Shown here in pieces: positions 13,167-30,600 of a stretch of 64,000 bases of DNA. Under the pieces are notes generated by a model. That model ran no database searches, was not told where the DNA came from, and saw only the letters and a program-made list of their open reading frames with translations. Source of the stretch: Camelus ferus (lineage: Eukaryota); contig NC_045704.1 in assembly GCF_009834535.1 (NCBI RefSeq), positions 35,774,001-35,838,000 on the forward strand, read 5' to 3'. Positions within the stretch are counted from its first letter, which is position 1; each line of letters starts with the position of its first letter. The position numbers and the translations under genes were made by a program.

Positions 13167-15689
13167 TGTAAGGGAGAGCCTGCTCCAGATGTAAATGCCC
13201 AGGGACGTGGGCAAACCTGCATTTTTATCCAAACCTGACCTGAATGTTACAATCCCTTTTCCAAGAAATATGTGAATGGTAATAAAAAAAATTGTTGACA
13301 CTATTCTGACTCTGCTTTCTTTCCTGTGCGTGGGAATAATGGCTTGTGTGCCATCTAGGTAGGGCTGGTATAGGAGACTGGATGAGAAGTGCAGAGACTT
13401 GGGTAATGGAACAGAATGCTAATGCATAATAAACTGAGTACCTAAAGCAAGACACACTTCTTCACTAAGTTCATCTTCTGTGAGATGGAAGAGCGTTACT
13501 CCAGATGCTATAATGATTTGGAGCAGACACAGGGTCCCCTCTGTTCTCATGTCAAGGGTTGGTGGATGGCAAGGGCTGGTGACTTCTCAATTCTTCATTT
13601 TCCATCCTTTGATTTCCCTGGACAACTTCAGTTCTTCATAGATTTCAGGCTTGATAGACTGTAAAGAATTTGGAATCAAACCCCTAGTTACCTAAATCCC
13701 TACCTAGGAGACTCAAAATTCCTGCGCCAAAAGATTGATGTGAATTCTCTAGCCATGGTTTTTATTTTCTGTCTTCACAAACCTAAACTCTGGTAATATA
13801 AAATAAAGTGAATTACTAAGAAAAATGTAAAAGGACACAATATACAAAACCCAGTTTTTGTTTAACAGACATGTTTGAATAAATATATAAGGAACAGAGT
13901 AAGACAGGAAAACTTTTTTAAATTTAAAACTACACATTTATTCATTGAAGGTGTGCACTGAATACTGAAAACACTTTACAAATGCCCCAAGGTGTGGACC
14001 ACACACACCTGGAGAAGCACGGCCCCCACAGCCCTACAGGGGACATCAATCTTGGCTTGCCCATCACCACTGACAGGACAGCTGCCACCCCTGAGAGTTC
14101 CCTGTGCTGACTTGGCTCTGAATTTTTGGAGGTTCTCACATTACTCAGGCTGAAATCTACCTTTTCTTCAAAATCCAGCCCATGACTACTTGAAATCAGC
14201 AAAATGACTAGAAATTTGGAGGTAATGCCCAGACATTCCCCAACAAGAGGGAAAGTACCTGGGAACCGATTCCAGATGAAAGATTTCATGTCTGCCTGAG
14301 CAGGGTGAAGGCAGATTCTGCAGTTATGAAGTTGTGGTGGTGTTTATCAGGAAGGAGTGAGGCATTGAGTGACTTATAAATAATGGTAATGGCTAGGTCC
14401 CCCTGACAAGTTTTGGAGGGATTTGCTATTTGATGTAAAGTCAAAGAGAAAGATGAGTTACGTGGCCCAAACTCAGGACGCTTACCCACAGGTGTCCCGT
14501 GTGAAGAGAGGCTTTCAGAAGCCAGCCTGTGTTGGGTGCGTGGGCGTTGGTGTCAGGCAGTCCTGGGTCACAGACCAATAAGGCACTTACCTGCTGTGTA
14601 ACCTGAGTAAGTTGCTCAACCACTCTAAGTCTCCATTTTCTATAAAAAGATTATATCTCTATGTGGTATTAAGTGAGAGTGGCCTGGCTTCTCACTAGGA
14701 CTCAATAAACAGTGTCTACTATCATCCTTCTGTTCACAGTGACTTTTCTGGGACAGAATCTTGTTGAAGCCCAACAAGCTCTTGGAAAAGGCTAGTTGAT
14801 TTGTAAGCATTACTCTGGGTTGGAGGTTAAAGTTTGACTGGAAATTTACTGAATGTGTGCTGGAAGGAATGTGGTTGACTTGCAATAGCTCACCTAGGAT
14901 AAGATGCTGTGACAGCACTTGGGCAAACACAAAAGACTTGCCCACCCTTCATGTCACTTGATCTACATTGAATGAGTGACAAAGAACTTGCAGGGGCTGG
15001 AGTTACTGTGCCAATTACACAAAGTTAAAGCTACCTGGCCAAGGGTACCGAGATCACATTCAGAGGTCTGAACCTATACTTCAGTTGTCTTACCTCTTTG
15101 CCAAAGATGGCTGATTATGATCTAACTGGATGCTAAGTCCTGCTTCTCCTTATTCAGAGTTGGAAGGGTTGAGATAGTCCAGTTGTGCTCCCGAATGGAG
15201 AGATGGGAGTCTGAAGCCCAGAGAGGCCACAGAGCCATGCAGAGGGATCTGACTGCCAACTCTGCTCTTCCCACCGCTGAGTAAAGGGAAACAACCACTT
15301 GTTTTGTTATTTAATCTCAGATCTGCCTATCACCTACAATGATCCCTCTCCTGGGCGGGGGGTATCCCATGCTTTGGGGACTCCATCCTGGAGTGGTGGA
15401 TCTGAGAGGTTGAGGAAACCCCCTTGAAAGTTTAGGCAAAAGAGCACCCAGATAAATGTGCCCATCCATCCGTTCAGCCATGAAGAATGTAAGGAAGGAA
15501 GGGTGACAGAGGCCTGTGTTCGCTGCGTTGCTGTTAAGGGAGAAACCGGAGAAACGGTGACTAAAAACCATCGTAGGGGCCAGGGCAGGCAATCTTGGGG
15601 ACAGGTTAGGGGCGGGAGACTGATGGTGAAGGTCGCATCCATCACAGATCTCTGCATACACCTCAGGCTCCAGCCATGCCTGGAAAGTG

Positions 15690-16231
15690 AGCAAGTGTTG
15701 AGGTTGCACACGAGCTCCTGGAAAGGGCGACACTGAGGACAGAGGTGCGGTGGGGGGTGGGGGGCGGGGGCGGGCGGAGGTTGGGGAAGACGGCGAGGAC
15801 ACGGGTTCCCGGAACACCTGGGGACACCGGCGGCGGCCATCCTTGGGAAAATTGGGAAGGGGAAGGCAGGGAGGCTAGGACACCGCGTACCTTCTGGCTA
15901 ACTGTCCCTCCCCGCGAACAGGCGCCAAACACCGCCCTGGGTGTGTACAACAGTTTTAGGTGAGCTGGGAGAACCTAGCGCTCCGCCGGCATATTGCTCA
16001 CAACCCGGCCCCCGGCGCTGCGGTTGCCACCAACTCCAGCCTTGCTCACGGAATCGTGACCTCATCCCGGCCAGGTGCGCACAGCCCGGCCCCGGGCGCT
16101 GCTGGCGGCACGGATCCGCCGGGAGGGTGCAAGGCGGGGGCGGGGCCTTCCAGACTCCAGCACGCCTCCCGCCAGACGAGTGAATCTGTTTTGCTACGTG
16201 CTTTAAACCTCCAGCCTCACCTCGGCTCCAA
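15690..16231 (+). promoter_or_regulatory. MT1-b promoter lacking the TATA box and proximal MRE
   Basis: Remaining MREs at 16125-16131 (reverse), 16075-16082 and 15705-15711. GAS TTCCCGGAA 15806-15814. The GC box is joined almost directly to CTCCAGCACGCC, with no TATA element. Confidence 0.8.
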
Positions 16232-17719
<1,488 letters not shown>

Positions 17720-20410
17720 AGTTGGGGAGACCCTGCCTCAGATATAGATCAAACAGCATGGACAAACTTGCATTTCAAAATTTATTCCTACTACTCTGAC
17801 CAGATGCTGCATTCCTTTTTCTATAAAATATGTGAATTGTAATAAAATTCATTGACTTTATTTTAGCTCTGTTTTTGTTGGTGTGTCTTGGAAGTAACAT
17901 ACATTATGGTCACCAGGACTGGGGTGGGGGATTGGGCTGGAAATGCTGAGACATGGGTTCTGGACCTAATTAGTTGTCCCTAACACAGTAAGTGCCTTGA
18001 GCAGGTCAGGTTACCTCTCTGAGTTTCAGGTTTTCGGATAGAAATGAAAGCATCATCCACACGAGATAAGGGAATGAGGCACATGGGTTCACCTCTGTCC
18101 TCATTGTAAGTGTTGATGGCAGAGAAACTTCTCAGTTTCTCATTTTCACTCTCTCTTATCATCTGCCAAACTTCAGTCCTCAAAGATGTTAGCCTATGAA
18201 AGAACTCAGACAGGATGAAATTCAAGCCCCAGCTGTTTTACCTCTACACAGTGCTTACTTCTAAAACACTGTTGAAGGACCAGGTTTTATTTTCTAAGAC
18301 TGACAGATTTAAACTATGGTAAATAAAATGAATTACTAAGAAAAAGTTTTAGAGGACACAATATATAAAACCCATTTTTGGGTTCAACACACATAATTTC
18401 ATTTCTATATGAAGAACCAAGAAGAAAAATAAGACTTAAAGGCTACACATATGTTCATCAAGGCCGTTTATGAGCACTGGAAGCACTTCACGAATGCTCC
18501 GCTGTGTGGACCACATACACCTTGTGTAGCACGGCCCCCATCCCATGGGGAGCATCAGTCTTGATTTGCCCAGTGACACAAAGAGGACACCCGCTACCCC
18601 TGACAGCTCCCTATGTTGACTGGGCTCTGAATCCTGGGAAGTTCCTCCCTCAAAATCCAGCCCTTGGCTGCTTGAAACCAACAAAGTCACTAGGGATTTG
18701 GGAGGAATCACCCAGCCATTTCCCTGCGAGATGGGGTGTACCTGAAAATTGGTTCCAAAAGACTTCATGTCTGCCCGTGTAGACTATTCTGCAATTTGGA
18801 GGGTGTGGTAGTGCCTATTTGGCCGGAATACGGTACCCAGTGACTTTGTTATTAATGCCAATGGTTACTCTCCCTGGCTGCTTGTGGAAGAAATTGCTAT
18901 TTGATGTTCAATCGAAGAGAAGGACGGGCCACATGGCCCAGGAGTTGGGACCACACTTTCCCACAGCCACCCTGTGTGAACAAGGTATTTCAGAGGTCAG
19001 GCTGTGCCGGGTGCTTGGGTTTGGGTGTCAGGCATCCTGGCTCACAGTCACCTTGCCACCTCCTGGCCATGAGACCCTGGCAAGTCATCCATATTCTCAG
19101 CCTCCGTTTCCTCATTTGTGTAAAAGACATGATATCTCAATGTGGACAGTTAAATGAGATGGTGGCCTGGCTCCTAGCTTGGGCTTTCTCAACAGTTTCC
19201 TCTATGGTCACTATATGCACATGGACATTAGTGAGGATAAGATTTCTTTCAGATCCCAAGAAGCTCCTGGGGAAAAGCTCATTTGTTTCAAAATATACTC
19301 AGCATGAGGCTATAGATGATAGGAACTTTGCTTCTCTGGTGCCAGAGGGAGTGTGGATGTCCTCTAATAAGTCCCATGGGAAAAGACGCTGCCACAGCAT
19401 TTAGACAGAGTCAGAAACCTTTCCCACCTGTCATGTCATTTGATTTACAAAGGATTCAGGGAGAGAGTGAACATGCAGGGGCTGGAGTGATTGTGCCAAT
19501 TCAAGAGAGGTTAAGCAATCTGGACAAGGTCACACAGCTCATAGTCAGAGATCTGAACTTATATGATCTCACTTCCTAGCTACAGGATGCTGATTATGAT
19601 CTAACTGGATGCTAAATTCTGCTTTTTCTTATTCAGAGCTGAAAGGGTCCTCTGAGACAGTCCAGTTGTGCTCTTGGCTGGAGAGATGGGAGTCTGAAGC
19701 CCAGAGAGGTCACAGAGATGTGCAGAGGGATCTGACTGCCTGTTCAATGCTTTTCCGTGGCTGCGTCTGTGCCAGGTGTTCAGTGTCCTCATCTTTCATG
19801 TGATGCATTGATGCCCGGTGGTGGCTGAGGGCACGATGCTGCAGTCAGCCTGCATAAGTGCAACCCCCACCTGTGTCACTTATAGCCAGGTGATACAATC
19901 TCTCTGTGGCTCAGCCTGCTCTGCTTTAAGAGAGCAGAATAGTCATTTTGGGGCTAGGGATAAATAATACATAAAAAGAACTTAGATGATAATATACAGC
20001 GAGTAACCTATAATATTTGATATTACTTTATTATTACCATGAATAGCATAGGAGACATTTTTCAACTTCCAGACCAATAAACCAGGACTGGGGTGCATGG
20101 CTGTGTGTCCTCTCTTGTCTTCATCAACCACGTAAGCATGTGACCAGTTGTCCTGAAAGGGTTATCCTCTCTTCTCTCGAAGAGGGATTGGCAAAGGGAT
20201 ATCAAGCCATAAACAAGAGAGTCCTGATCTTCCTAACAGATAGAGAAGGATCCTGCCATTTCTGCTGTCACCTGCACCAGGATTTACTGAATGTTTTACT
20301 AATGATTCATATTTTCTTAAATATATTTATATAAAAAGCAGATTATTTATAGTGACTGAGAATGAGAGTCCGTCTTCTTTCAGACATTGAAGGGAAGGTA
20401 ACCACAAAAT

Positions 20411-20455
20411 CATATATATATATATATATATTTATATAAATATACATATATATAT
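20411..20455. repeat. (AT)n-rich microsatellite
   Basis: CATATATATATATATATATATTTATATAAATATACATATATATA; the matching position in the MT1-d/e spacer is only AAAACATATAC. Confidence 0.85.
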
Positions 20456-21099
20456 TTTATCACTTTTGCCAGGATTGACTGCAAGGCAGTAGAGAGGTGC
20501 TGAAGACATACCTATGGGCCAAAGGGAAGCTTTCTCACTGTTTCCCTTGGGAAGTGACAGGAATCAGACCCAGGGCACCACTTCCCAATACTGGGACCCT
20601 GAGTCAGTAACTTTTTGTGCTGATGTAGTTCAGCCTTTGGGAAAGGGACTCTTAATTAGTATTTCCCTTTAGAATTGCCCTCAGAATTCAAAAGCAAAAG
20701 TGATTAACAAGGCTTGACACAGACTCAATGGTATGTAATTGTCAGGAATACTGAAAGGGAAATAACCTCTTGTTTTGCTTTGTTATTTAATGCCAGGTCT
20801 GCCTAGCAACTAAAATGATTTATGCCCTAGGAGCATCTCATGATTAGGGAACCTCCCGCCTGGAGTGGAGTGGACCAGCTAGGCTGAGGAATATTCTGGA
20901 AAGTTTAAGCAAAGGAGCATCCAGTCAAATGTGCCCATCTATCCATTCAGCCATGGAGAATGGAAAGAAGGGAGGGAGGAAGAGGTCTGCGCTCGCTGCG
21001 TTGCTGTTGCAGGAGAAACGCTAAAGACTATCATGGGAACAGGACAGGCAATGCTGAGGGAAGAGGAGAGAGGGGTATTGGGGTGAAGGTCACATCCAC

Positions 21100-21675
21100 C
21101 ACAGGTCTCTGCACTCAACTCCCGGGCTCCGCCAAGCCAGCCACTTAAGGGCGAGGCTGGGGTTGAACACGGACTCTAGGAAAGGGTGAAACAGGGCAGA
21201 GTTTCGGGGGCGGGGGTGGGGTGGGGGGTGGAGAAGGTGAGGACACGCCGCCGGCTGGTTTCCCGGAAAAGCCAGGAACCCCGGTGTCTGCAGATCGCGG
21301 AGAAATTGGGGAGGCGTGGGCAGGGAGGCTGGGCCACTGCTTTCCACCCGGCACACAAAGTCCCTCCGCGCTGGCGGGCGCCAAGGGGGAGGCCCCCGCG
21401 GTGCGCACGGAGACCAGCCGAGTTCCTGGAGTCCTGAGCTCGGCCCTGCGTGTTGCTCTCAGCCCGGCCCCGGTGGCTGCGGGAGGCGCGGATCCGCGGA
21501 GCGGGTGCTAGGCGGGGGCGGGGCTTCTGCGCCCGGACCGGGGCCTCTGCGCCCAGGCCGTGCTCTCTGGGTATAAACTGAACACACTGGCTCCTAGGCT
21601 CCAACACGCCTCCCACCGGACAAATAGATCTTCTTCTGCACTTTCTTTGGACCTCCTGCCTCACCTCGGCTCCAA
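21100..21675 (+). promoter_or_regulatory. MT1-c promoter
   Basis: TATAAA 21572-21577. Twin proximal MREs TGCGCCC at 21528-21534 and 21548-21554. Palindromic GTGCGCAC at ~21401-21408. Distal TGCACTC 21110-21116. GAS TTCCCGGAA 21260-21268. Confidence 0.88.
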
Positions 21676-23095
<1,420 letters not shown>

Positions 23096-25629
23096 TGGTG
23101 GGGAGAGCCTGCCCCAGATGTAAACAAAACAGCATGGACAAACCTGCATTTTAAATTTTTTCATACAACTTGATGCTGCATTCCTTTTTCTATGAAATAC
23201 ATGTATTGTAATAAACGTTGTTGATTTTATTCTGGCTCTGTTTTGCTTTGCATGAAACCAGAAAAGTTCTAGGGATTTAGAGGGAATAGGCCAGTCACTT
23301 CCCAGCAAGAGAAAGTATACATGAGAATTGATGCCAGACAGATTACTGTATCTGCCCGTGCAGGGCGATGGCTATTCTGCTATTTGGAGGGTGTGGTGAT
23401 CTTTATTAGGAAGGAGTGAGGCATTCAGTGACTTGGAATATATTAAAATGGTTTCTCTCCCTGGCTATTTTTGGAGGGAATTGCTATTTGGTATTCAATC
23501 AAGAAGAAAGAGTCATCACGTGGCCCAGGAGTTCTGTGCACACTTGCCTGCAAATGCCTTGTGTAAAGAAGGGTTTTTCAGGAGCCAGCCTGTGCTGAGT
23601 GCATGGGTTTTGGTGTCAGGCATCCTGGTTCACAGCCACCTTGTCAATTCCTGGCCTTGTGACCTGGGCAGATTCATGATAATTTCTTAGCCTCCATTTC
23701 CTCATTTGTATAAAGTAGATTATATTTCAATGTGGCAGATTACATGAGATGCTGTCCGGCTCCTAGCTAGGGTTTATAAACAGTGGTCATTTTGATGATT
23801 ATATCTACCAACATTCGTGGGGACAGAACATTTTTATCTTCCATAAAGTTCCAGGAAAAAGCTCCATTGCATTGGAAGCATTACTCTGGGCTGAGGCTAG
23901 AAATGATCTCACCTTGCTGTGATCAAGTGCCAGGGTGTGTGTGGTTGACCTCCAATAAGCCACTGGGACAAGATGCTGCCACATAATTTGGACAGAAACA
24001 AAAGCCTTTCCTACCCTTCGTGTCATTTGAACTGCATAGGAACCAGTAAATGAGTGAATGTGCAGTGGCTTAGGTGCTTTTGCATCGTTTCAGAGACGTT
24101 AAGCACCCCACCCAAATCTCATTGTCAGAGATCTGAACCTCTGCTACAGCTGACTCACTTGCCAAAAGTGGCTGATGATGTCCCTGGATGCTGAATCCTG
24201 CTTTTTCTTATTCAAATCTGGGAGGGTCCTTTGAGACAGTCTAATTGTGCTCCTGGCTGGAGAGATGGGGATCTGAAGCCCAGAGAGGTCACAGAGCTGT
24301 GCAGAGGGATCTCACTGCCTGCTCAGTGCTTTTCCATGGCTACCTCTGTGCCAGGTGTTCAGTGTCCTCATCTTTTGTGTGATGTCATGGTGCCCGGTGG
24401 TGGGTGAGGCCATGAAGCTGCAGTCAGCCTGCATGAGTGCAAGTCCCACCTGGGTCACTTATAGTCACATGACATACCCTCTCTGGCTCAGACTGTCCTG
24501 CTGTAAAAGGGCAAAATAATATTGTCTGGCTTGTAGGAGTAAGGAATTTAATAAATGTAAAGTACCTAGAATGAAGCCAGGCACAGAGCATGTAATCTAT
24601 GTCAGTTATTACTTTATTAATATCCTTAATAGCAGAGAAGACATTTTTCAACTTCCAGACAAGTAAGCCAGGGCTGATGTGCATGGCTGAGTGTTCCGTG
24701 TTGTCTTCATCAGTCACATGAGCATGTACCATTGCCCAGACAGGGTTATCCTCCTCCTCACAAAAGAGGAATTGGCACTAGGGATATAAAGCCACCATCA
24801 AGGCAGTCCACGTCCTCCAAACAGATGCAGGAAGATGCATGGCTTTTCTGCCCTCACCTGCGCCAGAATTTTACTTACTTAATATTGTATGTATGTTGTG
24901 TGTGTGTTATCCCCAAATTATTTATATGAAAAGCAACCTCTTTACCACTTTACCACTACTGAATATGAGAATCAGTTTACTTCTAGACATAGATAGTAGC
25001 CACAAAAAAATAATTATTTTCCTTTTCTAACACTTCTGTCACTGCCAGGATTGAGTGCAAAGCAGTAGAGAGGTGCTGAGGCCACACCTCTGGGCCAGAG
25101 GCTCTTTTTCTCTTGGGAGGTGACAGAAATCAGATCCAGGACATCACTTTTCAGAACTGGGACCCTGGGCTAGTAGCCTCCTGCTCTATTTAGTTTAGCC
25201 TCAGGTAAATGGGCTTCTAACTACTATTTCCCTTTAGAGTTGCTGTTAGAATTCAAAGAGCAAAATTGATTGAGCAAGGCTTGGCAGAGACTGCAGGAAT
25301 ACTGTAAGGGAAATATCCGCTTTTTTTTTCTTTGTTACTGAATGCCAGTTCTGCTCATCACCTACAATGATTGCTTCCCTGGGGGGCATCCATACTTTGG
25401 GAACCTCCATCCTGTAGTGGGGTGGACCCGTCAGGCTGAGGAAAGCCCCTGGAAAGTTTAGGCAAAGGAGCCTGGTAAAATGTGCTCATCTAACCATTCA
25501 GTCCTGGAGAATGGAAGGAAGGATGGGAGGCAGAGGCTTAAGTTCGCTGCGTGGCTGTTACACAAGAAACGATAGAGAAACGCTGACTAAAGACTATGCT
25601 GGGGACGGGACATGCAATCCTGGGGTCGG

Positions 25630-26185
25630 GGAGGGCGGTCTCTGCACACAGCTCCCAGGCTCCCGCCAAGCCTGGGACCTGAGCTAGAGGATGGGGTTGC
25701 ACACGGGCTCCCGGAAAGGGCGAGAATAGCGGTGTGAAGGAGCGGGGTGGGGAAGACAGCCTGGATACAGGGGCTGGGTTCCGGAAAAACCACCAGGAAA
25801 AGTAGAAGGAGGAGGGTAGGGAGGTTGAGCCACTGCTTGCCGCCCGGCACACAAAGTACCGCCCCCCCCCCCCCCCCCCCGGTCCACCGCGCTGGCGGTC
25901 GCCAAGGGGGAGGTTCCCGCGGTGCGCACGGAGCCCCGACGCCTTCCTGGAGTCCTGCGCTCGGCCGGCCGGCCCCGCGTGTTTGCTCACAGCCCGGCCC
26001 CGGGCGCTGCGGGCCGCGCTGATCCGCGGGGCGCGTGCAAGGCAGGGGCGGGGCCTCTGCACCCGGGCCGCCTCCTCTGGGTATAATCAGAACACGCTGG
26101 CTCATGGGCTCCAACACGCCTCCCATCAGACAAGTGCCTCTGCATCGCCCGTTCCTTTGGACCTCCAGTCTCACCTCGCCTCCAA
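25630..26185 (+). promoter_or_regulatory. MT1-d promoter
   Basis: Variant TATA box TATAAT 26082-26087. MREs at 26058-26064, 26033-26039 (reverse), 25698-25704 and 25643-25649, plus palindromic GTGCGCAC at ~25922-25929. C19 tract 25862-25880. Confidence 0.85.
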
Positions 26186-27620
<1,435 letters not shown>

Positions 27621-30600
27621 AGTCGGGGAGACGTTGCCCCACATGTAGACAGAGCAACATGGACAAGTCTGCATTTATTATTTTTCATACAACCTGACCT
27701 AATGCTACATTTCTTTCTCTGTGAAATATGTGAATTATAATAAAAGTTGTTAGCTTTATTCTGGCTTTATTTTTCTTTATTTTATTTGGAAATAAGAGAC
27801 TTTATGACTTCATGCCCACCAGGTCTCGGGTGGGAAATTAAGACTAGAAGTGCAGAGACCTGGGTTCTGAAGCAAATATTAGCCCCCATACACTGAGTGG
27901 GTTAAGTAGGTCAGGTTACCTCTCTGAGCTTCAGGTTCTCAGCTCAAAATGAAAGTATTGACCAGAGGACATAGGGCATCGTACATACACAGGTTCCCCT
28001 CTATTCTCATTATGAGTATTGATGTCACAGAAACTTCTCAACTTCTCATTTTCATTCTCTAGGGGACCCTGCCATACTCAGTCCACAGTGATATGAGCCT
28101 TCAAAAGTACCCAGAGGGGATGGAATCCAACTCCCCACTTGGTTGATTTCTGTACAGAGCTTGCTTCTAAAACATTATAGAGAGTCCTATTTTTCTTTTC
28201 TAGGACAGTTTCAAATTTAAATGAATAAAAAGAATTGCTAAGAAAAAAACTGTTAAAGGACACAATATCTAAAATTCATTTTTCATTTCCAAACACATAA
28301 TCACATAAATATGTGAAGAACAAATTTTTTAAATTAGAGGCTTTTATATGCTGCACATATATTCGTTGAAGGCGTGCAGGAGTCCTGGAAACACCTCACA
28401 AATGCCCCACTGTGTGGATCACATACACTCTGTCCCCAGCATCCCCACAGGGAACATCGATCTTGGCTTGCCCAGTGCCACTGACAAGACAGCTACCACT
28501 CCTCACAGCTCCCTGTGGTGACTTGGCTCTGAATCTTTGGAAGTTCCTCCCTAGGTTAGGCTGAAATCTGCCCTTCCCTCAAAATCCAGCCTTTGGCTCT
28601 TGAAACCAGCCAAGGCATTGGATTTGGAGGGAATTTCCCAGCAAGAGGCAGTGTATCTGAGACTTGGTTCAGGATGAAGGACTTCATGTCTTCCTCTGCG
28701 GGGGGATGTTACTCTGCAGTTTGCAGGGCATGGTGGTGTTTATTGGGAAGGAGTGTGTGCTGAGTGAATAGTAATATACACAAAGTGTTAGTCCCCTGAC
28801 TGTGGAGGGAATTGCTATTTGATGTTCAGTCAAAGAGAAAGAGGAGGCCTGTGGCTCAGAAGTCAGGCCCAAGATTGCCCACAGGTGCCCTGTGTGAAGA
28901 GGGGCTTTCAGGAGCCAGCTTGTGCTGGGTGCATTGGTTTTGGTGTCAGGCATCCATGTTCACAGCCTCCTTGCCACTTCCTGACCTGGGCAAGTCACTG
29001 ATAACCTCTGAGTTTCCACTTCCTCATTACTATAAAAGGGATTATATTTCAATGTGGGGATTAAGTGAGATAATGGTCTGGTCCTATCTAGGCTTCCTGA
29101 ACAGTGGCCATTATGATCACTATATCCACACTGACATTTGTGCACAGAGAAGCCTTTTAGCCCCAAGAAGCTCCTGGAGAAAGGCTCATTGATTTGTAAG
29201 CATTACTGAGTGGAAGTTAGAGATGACATTGGAACCTTGCCTTCTGGTGTCAAGGGAAGTGTGGATGACCTGCATAAGCCCTTTGGGACAGATGCTGCCA
29301 CATCATTTGGACAGACACAGAAGACTTTCCCCACCTTGGTGTCATTCAATCTGCCAGGAGCCAGTGAGAGAGTGAACATGCAGGGACTGGAGTGATTGTG
29401 CCAATTCCAGAGAGGGTAAGCAACCTGCCCATGGTCACACAGCTCATAGTCAGAGATCTGAACCTACACCACAGTTGACTCACCTCCTGGCCATAGGATG
29501 CTATTATGATGTCACTGAATGCTGAATCCTGCCTCTCCTTATTCAAAGCTGGAAGGGTCCTTTGAGACAGTCCAGTTGTGCTCCTGGCTGGAGAGACGGG
29601 AGTCTGAAGCCCAGAGAGGTCACAGAGCTGTGCAGAGGGATCTTACTGCCTGCTCAGTGCTTTTCCATGGTTGACTCTGCCAGGTGTCGTGTCCTCATCT
29701 TTTGTGTGATGTCATGGTGATGTTGGTGGGTGAGGCCATGAAGCTGAAGTCGGCCTGCATGAGTGCAAGTCCCACCTGTGTCACTTATAGCCAGGTGACA
29801 TAACCTCTCTATGGCTCAGTCACCTCTGCTGTAAGAGTGCAAAATAACAGCATCTGGCTATTTAAGAATTTAATACATGCAGCAACCTTAGAACAAAGCC
29901 TGGCACATGGTGATTAACCTGTAACATTAGATCTTATTTTATTATTATCTCTCATTTCATAGGAGATATTTTCCTCCTTCCAGACAAATAAGCCAGAGCT
30001 GGTGTGCATGACTTTGTTTCCGGTGATCCCTGAACAACCATGTGAGCTTGCACTGTTGCCCAGAGAGGGTTATCCTCTTTCCCATAAAAGAGGAATTGGC
30101 ACTAGGGATATAAAACCAAGGTCAAGACAGTGGATGTCCCTGAAACAGATGCAGGAGGATGCCTGCCACTTCTGCTCTCACCTGCACCAGGATTTTATTT
30201 AACATTGTGTATGTGTGTGTAAATTTATTTATATGAAAAGCACTCTTTACCACTACTTAATATGAGAATTAGTTTCTAGACATAGATGGTAGCCACAAAA
30301 ACATATACTTTCCTTTTCTACCACTTTTGTCACTGCCAGGATTAAGCTAATGCAGTAGAGAGGTGCTGAAGACATGCCTCTGGGCCAAAGGGACACGTTG
30401 TCACTGACTCTCTCTTTCCCTTGGGGAAGTGACCAGAATCAGGTCCAGAGCATCACCCCCACCACTGGGACCCTGGGTTAGCAGCTGCCTTCTACTCTAA
30501 GTAGCATTGCCTTTTGGAAACGGGCTCCTAAGCAGTATTTCCTTTTAGGGTTGCTGTTAGAATTTAAGGAACATAAGTGGTTAAGCAAGGCTTGGCACAG

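Noticed and set aside
26104-26106. Out-of-frame upstream ATG in MT1-d
   Set aside because: It lies only 22 nt after the TATA start, probably upstream of the transcription start, so it is unlikely to be in the mRNA.
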